Of a stretch of DNA of 64,000 nt, positions 1-13,269 are shown piece after piece. Under the pieces are notes generated by a model that ran no database searches, had not been told where the DNA came from, and was given only the letters and a program-made list of their open reading frames with translations. Every line of letters begins with the position of its first letter. Within the stretch, counting starts at the first letter, position 1. The stretch covers positions 83,764,001-83,828,000 of the forward strand of contig NC_058368.1 of the NCBI RefSeq assembly GCF_018350175.1, read 5' to 3'. This DNA comes from Felis catus. Its lineage: Eukaryota. The position numbers were made by a program, and so were the translations under genes.

Positions 1-260
1 TTTACTTTAATAGAATCTCATAGTTTATGCTGTTATTTTATTCAATCTTTCAATCTTTTTGTCTTTTTCCTCCTCTGACTCGATTATTTCCAATGTCCTG
101 TCTTCTCCTTCACATTCTTTCTTCTGTTTGATTTATTTTCTGTTGATACTGTCTATGGTATTATTTATTTATTATATTTTAGCACCATTATTTTAGTTTT
201 ATTTTATTTAAGATTTTATCTAGTTGTTAAACTTTTTTGTATATTATTTTTGAACACTGT
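1..260 (-). mobile_element. Old L1M-type ORF1-region fragment (antisense)
   Basis: T-rich text resembling antisense L1 ORF1 (tctttttcctcctctgactcgattatttccaatgtcctgtcttc); heavily diverged. Confidence 0.5.
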
Positions 261-269
261 ATTTTTAAT

Positions 270-1100
270 TTCATTTTTCTTGAAATATAGTTGACATACA
301 GTATTATATTAGCTTCAGATGTTCAATATATTGATTTAACAACCCTATAAATTATGCAATGTTTACCATGATATATATGGCTACCACTTAAAATTGTCAT
401 AGAAATTTGTTACAATACTACTGACTTTATTTCCTTGCTACACTTTTCATTCCTGTGATTTATTTATTTTAATAATATAAATTTGTACCTCTTGATTTCC
501 TTCATCTATTTGGCCAATAAGTCCTGGAAAGCAACAGTTTGTTCTTGGCATTTATGAGTTTGTCTCTGGTTTGGTTTTGTTTGTTTGTTTATTTCCTTGT
601 TTATTTATTTATTTATTTATTAGATTTTACATGTAAGAGAAATCATAAGACAAATCATTTGTCTTTCTCTGTGTGATTATTGAGATATCACCTAATACCA
701 TTCAAGAAGACAAGTATAAAAAAGAGAAGAAATTGCAAATGTTGTCAAGTATATGAAGAAAAGGAAACACATACACTGTTGGTGGAAATGTAAATCAGTG
801 CAGTCACTATGGAAAAGCATATGAAGATTCTTGAGAAAACTAAAAATATAAATAATATATAATATTGTAATTCTACTTTTGGGTGTCTACTTGAAAAATG
901 AAAATGCTAATTTTAAAAGTTAGGTGAATCATTATGTTTATTGTTTATTTATAATGGCCAAGATAGGTAAAACAATTTAGGTGTGCATCAATAGATAGAG
1001 GGAGAAAGTAAATTTGGTAACTATATACAATAGAATATTAGTGAGCCATAAAATAATGAAACAATGTAATTTTGATAATATGGATTGACCTAGATTATAC
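270..1100 (-). mobile_element. Older carnivore L1 3' end with 5' inversion (minus 270-680, inverted plus segment 682-1100)
   Basis: Antisense L1 3' terminus (gaaatatagttgacatacagtattatattag...gtctttctctgtgtgatta) abuts a sense ORF2-end segment (gagatatcacc...atggattgacctagattat) that stops where the antisense part begins. Confidence 0.7.
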
Positions 1101-1372
1101 CTTCTATCAGACCTGCTAGAAACACTGATATTTTCTCAGATGTTTTCTCTTAGTTCCTTTGCACAATTGTTGCTCCAAACTGTTGTAAATTTCTTAAAAT
1201 TGAATGCTTTCTCTGGAGGTTGCAAAGGCAAAACAGGTGCTTACAGGCTTTTCTTCTGCTTTTGCTACAGTGTTGTTGAATGATGTAGTTTACTTTATCC
1301 AAATCCTGCATATTTGAGGAGGATTTCTTTACATGTTTGACTACATATTTGCAAAATCTTAATCTTGTCACT

Positions 1373-2362
1373 GTTGGGAATGCTTACAGGGACCAAGACA
1401 TAGGGTGGTAGTATGGTGTACATAAGTTATGTGGAGCACTTGGGTTTCCCATGGGATTTGGGGGAATCCACAGTCTACACATCCATATTGGCAAATGAAT
1501 TGTCCTCCAAATAGAGACAGTGATGTGGTTAGTTGGTCTGCATCCTCTTCATACATTCAATCCTGAGCCTTGTCTGCAGTTTTCCCAGCTGCTAACCACC
1601 CACAGTCATGAGGATAATATCTCAGTATTCTGTATTGGGTCAGAGAGAAGTAAGCTTTTTTGGAATCTCTGTAGAGCTTTACACATCTGTGGAAGCTAAG
1701 TGCCAATTCACATAATTTCACTTTCCTTATGGGAAATCATGAGCCAAGTAATGTTATTTTGGCACTGAGCTGCCTTGGGAAGGGTTGGTGTGAATAAAGT
1801 TAATGTGTTCTTCTTACTCTCTTCCATACATCTAATCTTGGATTTTTTTTTCTTCAACAGTATGATGGAATTTTATGCTGAATTCCTGAATTTCAATAAA
1901 GTTTCTCATCTGTGAGTGATTGTCCAAATCAGCATTCTTCAGGGACTCCCATCCTGTAACCAGGAGGGGCTTGATCTGATTTATAGGCTACTTCAGTGTT
2001 TGTAGCCAGGACCTGCATACCTGTTATATAGCACATAGATGGGTAAGATCTTCCTTGGTCTATTGATATATGGTTCTAGTGACAGAACAGAAACAAACAA
2101 ACAAAACGTTTAGCTATAGCTAAATCTTCTGGGGTATTGAGCTATTTCTGGATCTAGCAGGCACCACAGAAAGTGAATTAGGTGCCTAGTCATAAGTTTG
2201 TCTCCTCAACGTGGGTCTTCTGACTTTTGGATTTCACATTTAAAATCTTGACTCTCAATCTCAAAGCTCCTACCAAATATGCTTTTGTTCAGAAATGGAT
2301 TCTAAAGTATAACTGTTAGGGGAGGGTATAAGTAAGGACAACTTTATTCAGTCATCTTGTTT
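1373..2362 (-). mobile_element. Old L1M 5'UTR (antisense), 5' end near 2360
   Basis: Reverse complement at 2343-2361 reads acaagatgactgaataaag, like an L1 5' start; the rest resembles old L1M 5'UTR. Confidence 0.55.
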
Positions 2363-2380
2363 GATTTTCTCACGGAGTTC

Positions 2381-2822
2381 TTTTTTTTTTTTTTTTAAGT
2401 TTATCTACTTTGAGATAGACACAGAGAGCCTGGGTAGCTCAGTCAGTTGAGTGTCTGACTTCAGCTCAGGTCATGATCTCACAGTTTATGGGTTCAAGCC
2501 CTGTGTCAGCCTCTGTGCTGACATCTTGGAGACTGGAGCCTACTTTGGATTCTGTGTCTCCCTCTCTCTCTGCTCCTCCTCTGCTCATGCTTTGTCTCTC
2601 TCTATCTCTCAAAAATAAATAAAGTTAAAAAATTATTTTGATATAGACAGAGACAGCATCAATGTGGGAGAGGCAGAGAAAGAGGGAGAGAGAGAGAATA
2701 CCAAGCAGACTCTGTGCCACCAGCACAGAGCCCAACACAGGGCCCAATACCATGAGACAGATCATGACCTGAGCAGAAACCAAGATCCAGACTCTCAACC
2801 GAATGAGCCATCCAGGCACCCC
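2381..2822 (-). mobile_element. Can-SINE (minus) hosting a nested SINE
   Basis: Poly-T at 2381, antisense head ending ccaggcacccc; TSD ctca(c/t)ggagttc at 2369-2380 and 2823-2834. Confidence 0.9.
2426..2632 (+). mobile_element. Can-SINE (plus) nested in the minus SINE
   Basis: cctgggtagctcagtcagttg...(CT)n...aaaaataaataaa; flanks tttgagatagacacagaga / tttgatatagacagagaca form a degenerate TSD. Confidence 0.9.
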
Positions 2823-3369
2823 CTCATGGAGTTCTTGATCTAAGGATTACTTTAGATTCAAATTACCTAAATTAGGATCTTCACTTTATATAGGAGGAAA
2901 TGGTGTTTCAGAGAATCTGTAGGTTACAAAGGTTATAAATCAAAACAGAGGTAGCACTAGACACAATACTTCAACTAAGAGATACAAATTGTTATGTCTA
3001 GTTTATATAGGATTAAAGAGATAGAAATGAATTTGCAAGCATAATATCATATAATGGGTGGTTTACATATGATAAACATGCTTATATGGCAAAAATGATC
3101 ATTGATTGCTGAAAACAAAGGTATGACATTATTAAATAAAATAAAGGGGACGAATGTCTTATTCATTTACCTTTATCCAAAATATATATTTAAATTATCT
3201 CCAAATTTTTATTTTAAAAGGTAAATGCTTAAATCCCAGTCATAGATAACAAGAACTACATTTGAGCAAAGAAATAAATTGAATTATTATATTTTTAATA
3301 TATAATGAATAGTAGTAAACAACCAATATTAAAATTTTCCACTGGTAAAGACCAAATACCAATACATTA

Positions 3370-3700
3370 AGCTAAATTTTATTTACTAACTTCCATCTGC
3401 CAAGTACAAAGTAAGTTGTAAGCATAACAGACAGACTTTGACTTTATGGAATTTGGTGTGATAATTAATTCATACTAATTGAATAATTAAATAGCTTATT
3501 AATGTGATTTGGATTAGTTTTTAAAGAATACATATAGTTATGATAGCAAAAAATAGGGATGCCTATCACAGTGTTTGGTGTTAGATATTTTCCTTACAGA
3601 ACAGATACTTCATATTTATACAAAGGATTAGTTGGAGTTATCCAGGGTTAGAGTTAGAAAAGATATCATGGTGATTACAAGTGCCTTTATGCTGAGGAAA
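3370..3700 (-). mobile_element. L2 3' fragment
   Basis: Resembles a degenerate antisense L2 3' end; recognised by eye only. Confidence 0.4.
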
Positions 3701-3888
3701 TACAGCTTTTGCACACTAAAGAAATATTAAACGAAAATCCCACAAGGAAAACATGTGGCAAAGAATATGCAACGTCTAGAGTTCTTCCCAAATACAATTT
3801 CCAGAAAGTCACAAACACAAAATTACCAATAAAAGGAAAAAAAATTGGAAGTAACATATTCTTCCTTTATCTAAAGCAATATAGGATT

Positions 3889-4097
3889 GGGGCACCCAAG
3901 TGGCTCAGTTGGAGCATCCAGCTCTTGATTTCAACTCAGGTCATGATCCCAGAATCATGAGATCAAACACTGCATCAGGCCCCCGTGCTAATCATAGAGC
4001 CTGCTTAAGACTCTCTTTCTATCTCTCTCCCTCTGTCTCTCTCCCCTTCTCACTTTTTCCTACCCCTCTCTAAAATTAAAAGAGTAAATAAGTAAAT
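3889..4097 (+). mobile_element. Can-SINE
   Basis: ggggcacccaagtggctcag head, CT tract, A tail; TSD aaagcaatatag(g/a)att. Confidence 0.92.
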
Positions 4098-4518
4098 AAA
4101 GCAATATAGAATTAGTGTAGTAATAGATAACATAATATTATATATTTTGACTCTGTTGAAACTAGTCATGACTCTATGAAGTGTCTGGTCCACAAAACAT
4201 ATGTGGACCTTCCAGAAAGAAGACAGAGAGACATCTTGTGGTTCAATATTTTTCTTTCTTCTCTCTACCTACACCAGAAATATTCCAGAGAGAATATCTT
4301 TTTTTGTAATATAAACATTTGTAATATAAACAATAAAAAGCCAGAACCAACTTGCTGTGGGCACAAACTGTGAGCAAAAAATCAACATTTGCTTCTATAA
4401 ATTATTAAAATTTTGACACCACTTTCCTTTAACACATCATAGGTTGGCCTTTGTTAATTAATAAGTCTTTGATTATTTTCCAGGTTCAAGCCCTACTGTC
4501 AAGATGAGTCATTGTTCT

Positions 4519-4724
4519 GGGTCACCTGGGTGACTTAGTTGGTTGAGCATCCAACTTCGGCTCACTTGAGCATTGGACTTGGGCTCATGCCATGTTCTCA
4601 TGGTTTGTGAGTTTGAGTCCCTCATTGGGCTCACTGCTGTCAGTGCAGAGCCTCTGTCCCACTCTTTCTTTGCCCCTCCCCTGCATGCTCTTTCTCTCTC
4701 TAAAATATAAATAAATATTTTAAA
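4519..4724 (+). mobile_element. Can-SINE
   Basis: Perfect 16-bp TSD aagatgagtcattgtt at 4501-4516 and 4725-4740. Confidence 0.93.
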
Positions 4725-4992
4725 AAGATGAGTCATTGTTTTAATAACAGAAAGATTTGTAATTTATACATCAGGGAAAACAAAAGGACCAATGAAAGAA
4801 ATATCTTCTTTGTTTTTATTGAACATGTATTTACCTGTAGTTTATGCAAATGGTATGACTGATGTAAATGTATTTAAATTAAATCCTATTATACAATATT
4901 CTATGATCAAATACCCCATTTTAATCTAGGTAAACTTAAACTACTAGATTACAACCTATTAAACAGACCTTGAGTAGACATTGATATAGTTA

Positions 4993-5125
4993 TTTCAAGC
5001 CCCACAATAGGCTCCATGCTACATGTTGATTCTGCTTGGGATTCTCTGTCTCTCTTTCTCTATGCCCCTTCCCCACTTGTTTCTCAAAAGAAAGAGAAAA
5101 AAAAAACAAACAAACACACACACAA

Positions 5126-5157
<32 letters not shown>

Positions 5158-5175
5158 GTATACACATATATATAT
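4993..5175 (+). mobile_element. 5'-truncated Can-SINE with tail decayed into (CA)n/(TA)n
   Basis: B-box remnant ttcaagcccc, gcttgggattctctgtctc, A tail, then a microsatellite. Confidence 0.8.
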
Positions 5176-5689
5176 GGTTTCCTTTATCTTTACTTTTTTC
5201 CATTTTTTCTAAGCCCACATATATTAAGAATCTGTTTTCAAAATTCCAATTATCTATTATCTTGTAATAAATCCACACATATCTCCTTGAAAAGAAAACC
5301 AGTTAAAATACAACTGATTCATTCCATTAGGCTTCTGTTATCGGATTTATAATGAGATAATTGGAATTTGGAAACTAGATCCCTAGAAAATTTGGGCTTA
5401 GAGAAAAAAAGAAAATAAAGATAAAAGAAACTAAACATAAGTTGTAATATTTATTGACCACTTCTTGAAGCAATAATTTCCATTAGCATGTTAAAAATCT
5501 AATTGTAGTATATTTAAAGAAAACATGGGTGAACAATTTGAGAATTACATGAATAGCATTTGACATGGCACAAGAATGGAGGTTTTGAGAGCACAAATAA
5601 ATTGCCTGGGACTTTGTGAAGAAATATAAGGATTTGGCATTTAATGTTGGTGATGTAGTATAGCAATGGGGAGGAAAGGGACACAATTG

Positions 5690-6800
5690 ATTTCTTTTTG
5701 TAAAGACTCACTGTAGAAAATGTATTGAGAATATATAATAGGTACAAAAGAAAAATTAATAAGACAGTGGTGAAAATACTTTAATAATTGAGATAAAAGT
5801 AGACATATCTTGACGAACGAAAGGAACACTGTAAGATAATGAGAATCAAATTTCAGTTTATTTGAGCCAACAGGATTTGCTGATGGGAGGGATGTATAGA
5901 AATCAAGGAGAAAATGATTTCAACATTTTTATTAAATTTTCTTTCATATTATAACTAAGCAGCATGAAATAATTATTTCTGGAAAGATGGAGATATTACA
6001 ATATTTTATTGTACTGTTTAGTTTAATAAACTGTTCAGACATCCAAATGTCAATATCAAGTAGGCAATTATATACATGAATCAAATTTAGAGATTATGTC
6101 TATACAAGAGATGTTTATAACTGAGAATTACCAGATGCCAGGTATATAATATGAGTGTATGGAAAAGAAGAGAAAAAAACCGGAATATTCCTAGTCTACA
6201 AAGGATTTTTCACTTAAGATAGGAAATACAATAGCACAGAAAGAGAAACGAGTATTGGTGAAGTGATGTCCTTGTTGTTCAGACCAGGCCTGGATCTGCT
6301 GAACAAGGTAAGGTTGTGGCTCTGGCAAAAGCACAGGCAGTTTTGCTATAGTAGAATAATAATTATAGAATATATAGACATTGATGCAATTGGTGGGTAA
6401 GAGGAAATTTGTTTGAAGTTCTTAGAGAACATCACACATTGCTCAGATACTGAGACTTAAGTCCAACCGCTTTAAATAAAGATAGGGAAGATTGTTTTGG
6501 GAGAATAAGAACAGATAATTCAATATGAAAATATTTTTTTAACGGGAACAGTTTATAGACCTGAGAATGTAGTATGGTTCTGGAGCTGTGTGGAAGGTAT
6601 ACCTGACACTACTGAGTATGATTATAGGGAGAAATAGTCACCATCAGATTTTTCCTTCGACATTAAGTTGTATAGGTGCTGGCATGGAGTGTATAAAAAG
6701 TTGTGTTTTACCATTGTATGATAAAGGGAAGCAGCTATAAGAAAACAATCAAGAGAAAGGAAGTTGAGGGCATATAAAAAATAACATGGGAAATGGAATT
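5690..6800 (-). mobile_element. L2 fragment(s)
   Basis: Typical antisense L2 motifs (caacaggatttgctgatgg, gacatccaaatg...tcaagtaggcaatt). Confidence 0.6.
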
Positions 6801-7199
6801 TAACTGGATAAGGAGAAAAGTGAGAACATATTTAAAGAAAAGAGAAAGTCTTATGACAAATGAAATTGAATAGTGAGGGTTAAGGAGCTTTGTACTTGTA
6901 ATGTGAAGTCTTGTCCATCTCTGGCATTTGGCTTTCCCACAGCCACTACTTTCTTCTTTCAACAATCAAACATGATTCCATGTGTGATTGTTCTGGCTTC
7001 AGAAGCATGTTCCTTCCAAGTTCAAGGACTTTTCACAACCAAGAGCATCCTTTAACAGATGATGGATAGTAGTTGTTGGGTAAAGACTTTATCTTCTTCT
7101 ACTTTTGTTAATAGAATTCTGGAATGTTCCACATGGTCCCCAAACCACCCCACTTTGAGTAAGCTGACATCTTTACTGGCAGAGACATAACATTTCATG

Positions 7200-8690
7200 G
7201 ACCCCTATTAGAGTGATATATAGAGGCCAGGAAATTGTAGAAGTCCTGGATCTCATTTTCTCACTATGTTTTCAAGCCCAGACTTACCTGCAATAATTTA
7301 TAGTCTGTGTGTATAATGTGAAGAATACACTTAACAACTGGCAGAACACTCATACATTTCCTGACCTGTGAACCAAAACTAATTTAATAGAAAATCCAAG
7401 TGAATTCCCCTGAAATTGTCCCTTTGGATAAAGCCCTTTGGATAAAGTCAGAAATAATTAAGTGTCTGGGTAAGTGGAATAATCAAAAACTTACAAATTC
7501 ATATCCATACATAAAATACTAAAATCCAAATAGATCAACTTTTAATTGAACCAAACTGATGTGCCAGGTGTGGTATTTTGTAAGACTATCTCCTGAAGCA
7601 TCCGGTACTTGATCTGGAGGATGTATTCTTGTAATATCCATGAGGTAAAATGAGCAAAAACAGTTCCTATTATCTTGGGATTGACAACAGTACACATTTA
7701 TTCTTGTCCTCAAGCTGTTTTATATCACCTGTTCTCATACAATATAGTCCTAAGAGATCTTGATCATCTAGACATTTCAGAAGACAACATATGCATACTC
7801 TACATTGGTGGTATTTAATTATTTAGTTCTCATTATCAGAAAGTTACAATCCTGTTATTCTTTGAAGATATATATGACACAGATATATCAGATACAGTAT
7901 TGTTCCCAGAAAAGACTAACATAACCCCAGCTTCTATTACTGTGATAAATGCACTTTTTCCATTTCATATCAGAAATAAAGAAAAAAGTATTCTCATTCT
8001 TTTGGATTGGCATGGCATACATCTATAGTATTTCTCCAGGGTAATAGTATTTCTCCAGTTCTCCATAATAACCTGCTCCTAGAGCTCAGAAATAGCTACA
8101 GAACATCATCATGGTCTAGTAAATTAATGACACCATGCAAATCACAATGAATGAAAAAAATGCCTCCATTAGGAGGCTCTAGATGTGTGCATAGGATATG
8201 AGATAAACAGTGAAGATTTAGTGGTTGACATCAGTAAAATGTTTGAGACTAGTATTCTAGGGTATTTTAATATAACCCCTCAGTAGGGAACATGCTGTTA
8301 TCTTCTCACCATGAAGGAAAAATGATATCTGATAAGCCTCTTTGGTTTTGAATGCAACATTTTCTTCATATGGAACAATTTTTCCAGCCAATCATTTAAG
8401 TGATACAATAAGTGTCAGGTGTAAGTGGAGCCAGAGCATGAACTCTCTCTACAGAAGATCTTGATTGATATGGTGGTGGCTTTTTTTTGTGCAAGTATAC
8501 AGCAAATCCTATGTTATTAGGTTTCAGTAGTGAGAAAAAAATATTAAATATATTGGTAGAGTGCTCCAAAAGGATAATTAGAATGCAGAGGTCTATGGTT
8601 ATGGGAAAATACTATATTTATGAAAACTTACATATTTTTAAAGCTATTGGAATGATATGGTACCCTGGTAGATAAAGAATATCTGACAGT
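7200..8690 (+). mobile_element. ERV-L (class III) internal pro/pol fossil, 5' part
   Basis: Decayed correspondences to ERV-L Pol motifs recalled from memory: LSSWQNPH (7330), QQYTF..PQG (7685), SVKFLG (8231), LFGFWRQHIPH (8338), YWALVETEHLT (8655-8690). Confidence 0.8.
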
Positions 8691-10225
8691 AGAGGGAAGA
8701 TGGAGGTGAAGTAGGAGGACCTTAGGTTCATCTCCTCTCATAAACACAATTAGAAAACTATCAAATAATCCTAGGTACCCCAGAAATTAATCTGAAGACT
8801 GACAGAACACACTCCATAACTAAAGGGAGAGAAGAAGCCACATCAAAAAAGGTAAGAAGTGTGGAGACATGGCTTAGGGAAAAAATGGATCAAGAGTGTG
8901 GTGGAGGTCAGGAAACTATGATTGCTAAGAAGGGAAAGAGAGAGCAGAGCACACAGGGTAACACACACAAATATATTCCCAAGCCATTCAGGAGCTGAAT
9001 TTCATGAGTTATTGAAGCCAGCAAGGCTTAAAGTCTGGAATTTTAAAGGTCATCAGGCTTGGTAGGATAGATCCCTGAAGGCACTGTACTGTTCCTGGAG
9101 AGAAGGCAGGCAAACACCCTGAGGGGCAGATGATGTGGAAACAGAAATATGAAGAATGCCTGGGGCACACAGAGGGGAGATTATTAACACTTCTCAGAGT
9201 ATCTCCCTGAGAGGCAATCTTCAGGGAGATGCCTCTTCCTTAACAAAGAAGCTGCCTGGAGAAATTTCCTTCCCCTACTCCTCAGCATAAACATGGAGCC
9301 ACCTGCAAGAAGCAGCACAGTACCAAAACTGGCTGCAAACTTGCTTACACCAAGAACCACATTTCTGAGCATTGTCAAGACTTCCCTTCTCAGACAAGTT
9401 TGCCTCAATCCCAGTGCAGTGGGCCCGTCTCCCAGAAGACCAGGACAAAACTCAGCCCAAATCACATTTCCCTCCCAGAGAGTTCTGCAAGGCATCAGTT
9501 CTAGAAGTAGTATCAGGTCTCTTAATAAGCAGACCAGAGCATAGTTAGTTAAACTCACTGTATTGAGGCCAAGTACCAAACACTGCATATAGCAGGCAAG
9601 GAAATCCTCTACAGATGATTGATCTGAAGGACAGAACAGCCAAAACAGAGCAGCAGAATACATGCAGGACACACCAGGCCCTGGACACTCTTCATAAAGC
9701 CATTACTTTCAGGAGCAGGAAACATAACTGGCTTTTCTAACACAGAGACGGTAGAAACTTAGATAAAATATCAAGACAGAAAAATTCATCCCCCGCCCCC
9801 CAAAATAACATAAGGACACTGCATGGGAAGACCCATAAGTCTAGTTGCATATTTCTCAACAGAAACTCGACAAACCAGCAGGGATTTTCACAATATATTC
9901 AAAGTGATGCATGGGAAAAATCTGCAGCCAAAAATACTCTATCCAGCAAGGCTATCTTTCAGAATATAAGGAGAGATAAAGAGTTTCCCATACAAATGAA
10001 ATCTAAAGGAGGTCATGACCACTAAAGCAGTTCTTCAAGATATATTAAAGGGGACTCTTTGAGTTGAAAGGAAACACCAAAAGTGACAAAGATAATAAAG
10101 TATCAGAGAAAATCTACAGAAGATAAGGCAAACAAGTAATAAAGTGGAACTAAATACATATTTATCAATAAGTAAACACATCATTGTAAATAGACTAAAC
10201 CCTTCAATCAAAAGACATAAAGAAT

Positions 10226-10339
10226 GGAGGAGGAGGAGGAGAAGAAGAAGAAGAAAAAGAAGAAGAGGAGGAGGAACAAGAACGAGGAAGACGAGGAAGA
10301 GGAGGAAAGAGAAGGAAGAGGAGGAGAAGAAGAAGAAGA
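10226..10339 (+). repeat. (GAG/GAA)n polypurine microsatellite within the L1-A EN region
   Basis: Directly visible; sits where other copies have an A-run before gaccca. Confidence 0.95.
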
Positions 10340-11877
10340 CCCATTGAAATGTTGCCTCCAGGAGACTCATTTTGGGCCTAAAGACACTTTCATATTTCAG
10401 GTGAGGGGAATGAGAAGGATTCATCACACAAATTAATGTTAAAAGAAAGCCACAGTAGCAATACTTATATTGGACAAACTCAACTTTAAAACAAAGAGGA
10501 TAACAAGAGATAAAGATGGGCACTATCTCATAATGAAGGGACAATCCAACATGAAGATATAACAATTGTAAATATTTATGCCCCCAACAGGAAACTACAA
10601 AATATATAAAGTCATTAATAACAAACATAAAGAAATTGATTTATTGAATTGATTATAATTCAATAATGGTAGTGGATGACACCCGTTTACATCAATGAAC
10701 AGATCACCTAAGAAATAAATCAACAACAAAAAAGAAATGTTGAAGCCAAAGGACTTTGAAAACCAAGAGTCTAGGAAGAAAAGAGACTGAAACTACCAGG
10801 AAGAAAATGAGACAACTTGAGAAACAATAGGTGTGTGATTGAGAACTGGGGGAGAACTGCCCAAATAGGCATGGAGGGGAGGGATCCCCTTATGAGGAGA
10901 GACAAAGGGAAGAGAAAAAGTGGTGGGGGAAGTGTAGGACTGTATCTGGATAAGAGAAAAACCTCGGACTGGTACTGAAAGGGATCCTATCTCTAACTGT
11001 GGAGCTTTCTTCAGACTGGTCCTGGCTCCCTGTTTGTGCACCTGGGGAGTAGGGGAGCCAGCCCTGGGTTTGGTGGTAAATCAGGGGTGCAGTCTGCAGT
11101 AGGAGAAAATGGCTCCCTCCCTGAAGTGCAGTGGGACAGGACAAAGCCGGCCTACCTCCACCACCCTTCACCACTGTGAAGTTAGCGGCACAGTCCACAG
11201 CAGGAAGGAGGTCCTCCCTAAAGTGTGGAGGCACAGACAAAGGTAGCCAGGACCACATATGGAGCCACACAGTGAAGTGCTTCCCCTATGCCAGGGCTCA
11301 CAGAGTGGGTCTTTGATCCTAGCCAAGTGTCAGGCCAGGAGAGTTGTTAGAGGGGGAAGGACCACCCCTTCTGTGCCCATGGCACAGTAAGGATGACTCT
11401 AAAGGAGTCCACTGGGTCTTGGAGAAGAGACGGTGGAATTGCCATTTTTCCCACCACCACCATCACTAACGTGGGGACTCAAAGATCAATCCCAAGGCCC
11501 ATAGCAGATGTGGGACCAGCCTACACCAAACCATGCCCTTCCGTGCCAGGTAACTGCATTTCTGCTGGAAATAGATAGATGCTGTGCAACCAGATGGCTC
11601 CATCATCCAGACCAGTGATGATGCATAGGCTGAATTAATTCCAGAAAATTTCATGCTATTTATATATATTCACCCTTCATATCTCTTCCCTCCTCTAGGC
11701 TGATTGCTCTGGTTGCTAGTTTGTTCAAGCAGACATATTTAATCCATTCCCTTGATTCATGTTCTACATCTCCTTCTGTATTTTCCTTTCTCTCTTTCTG
11801 GAATAATCAATCCATATAATTTCTCTGTCTGGGTAAGTTTATCTTCATTTTGTTTCCCCACATCCTTCTTTATTTTA

Positions 11878-11911
<34 letters not shown>

Positions 11912-12077
11912 CCATTTAGTCCCTCTGCCTGGTCAATGTTTATTTTCTCTTTGTCCCCACCCCTGTCATTTCTCTCTTTATATGTGCTCCTCCATCAGTA
12001 CCTCCTCGTCACTCTGTGCTTTACTTGTAGCTGGTGTTTCCATTTTTTTTTGTTTTTGCTTTCAGACTGTTTTTGTC

Positions 12078-12080
<3 letters not shown>

Positions 12081-12114
<34 letters not shown>
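12081..12114 (+). repeat. (GT)n microsatellite in the L1-B 5'UTR
   Basis: Directly visible. Confidence 0.95.
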
Positions 12115-12115
<1 letters not shown>

Positions 12116-12356
12116 GTCTCTTTATTTGTTTTATTTGTCTGTGTGTTTGCATGTCTCTGTTTCCCGTTTGCTTCCCTGTTTATTTTCCTTTCCAGGGCTA
12201 TTTCAAGGAACAAATCAAAGCACATCTTGTGGAGGGTCCAAAACATCACTATGAGTAGAGAAATAAAATAATGAAAGTCACAAGAACAGAGAGCAAGTAA
12301 CCTTCAAAAATCACCTGCTGAAGGGCCAGGCCCTGAACAGTGTATGACACCACTTT

Positions 12357-13269
12357 TTTTTTTATATGAAATTTATTGACAAATTGGTTTCCATACAACA
12401 CCCAGTGCTCATCCCAAAAGGTGCCCTCCTCAATACCCATCACCCACCCTCCCCTCCTTCCCACCCCCCATCAACCCTCAGTTTGTTCTCAGTTTTTAAC
12501 AGTCTCTTATGCTTTGGCTCTCTCCCACTCTAACCTCTTTTTTTTTCCTTTCCCTCCCCCATGGGTTCCTGTTAAGTTTCTCAGGATCCACATAAGAGTG
12601 AAACCATATGGTATCTGTCTTTCTCTGTATGGCTTATTTCACTTAGCATCACACTCTCCAGTTCCATCCACGTTGCTACAAAAGGCCATATTTCATTTTT
12701 TCTCATTGCCACGTAATATTCCATTGTGTATATAAACCACAATTTCTTTATCCATTCATCAGTTGATGGACATTTAGGCTCTTTCCATAATTTGGCTATT
12801 GTTGAGAGTGCTGCTATGAACATTGGGGTACAAGTGGCCCTATGCATCAGTACTCCTGTATCCCTTGGATAAATTCCTAGCAGTGCTATTGCTGGGTCAT
12901 AGGGTAGGTCTATTTTTAATTTTCTGAGGAACCTCCACACTGCTTTCCAGAGCAGCTGCACCAATTTGCATTCCCACCAACAGTGCAAGAGGGTTCCCGT
13001 TTCTCCACATCCTCTCCAGCATCTATAGTCTCCTGATTTGTTCATTTTGGCCACTCTGACTGGCTTGAGGTGATACCTGAGTGTGGTTTTGATTTGTATT
13101 TCCCTGATAAGGAGCGACGCTGAACATCTTTTCATGTGCCTGTTGGCCATCTGGATGTTTTCTTTAGAGAAGTGTCTATTCATGTTTTCTGCCCATTTCT
13201 TCACTGGGTTATTTGTTTTTCGGGTGTGGAGTTTGGTGAGCTCTTTATAGATTTTGGATACTAGCCCTT
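12357..13269 (-). mobile_element. L1-C: young 5'-truncated L1 inserted antisense in the L1-B 5'UTR
   Basis: Poly-T; perfect TSD tgacaccacttt (12345-12356, 13270-13281); open ORF2 C-terminus 12581-13204 with CCHC-type motif CWRGC...HCWWEC. Confidence 0.97.

Noticed and set aside
9184..9672. 162-aa antisense ORF in the L1-A 5'UTR as an ORF0 analogue
   Set aside because: No equivalent open frame is tracked in the homologous UTRs of F or K, so it is likely chance.
10035..10628. 197-aa hydrophobic ORF and overlapping Arg/Glu/Lys-rich ORFs
   Set aside because: These are artefacts of the (GAG/GAA)n tract and antisense L1 sequence.
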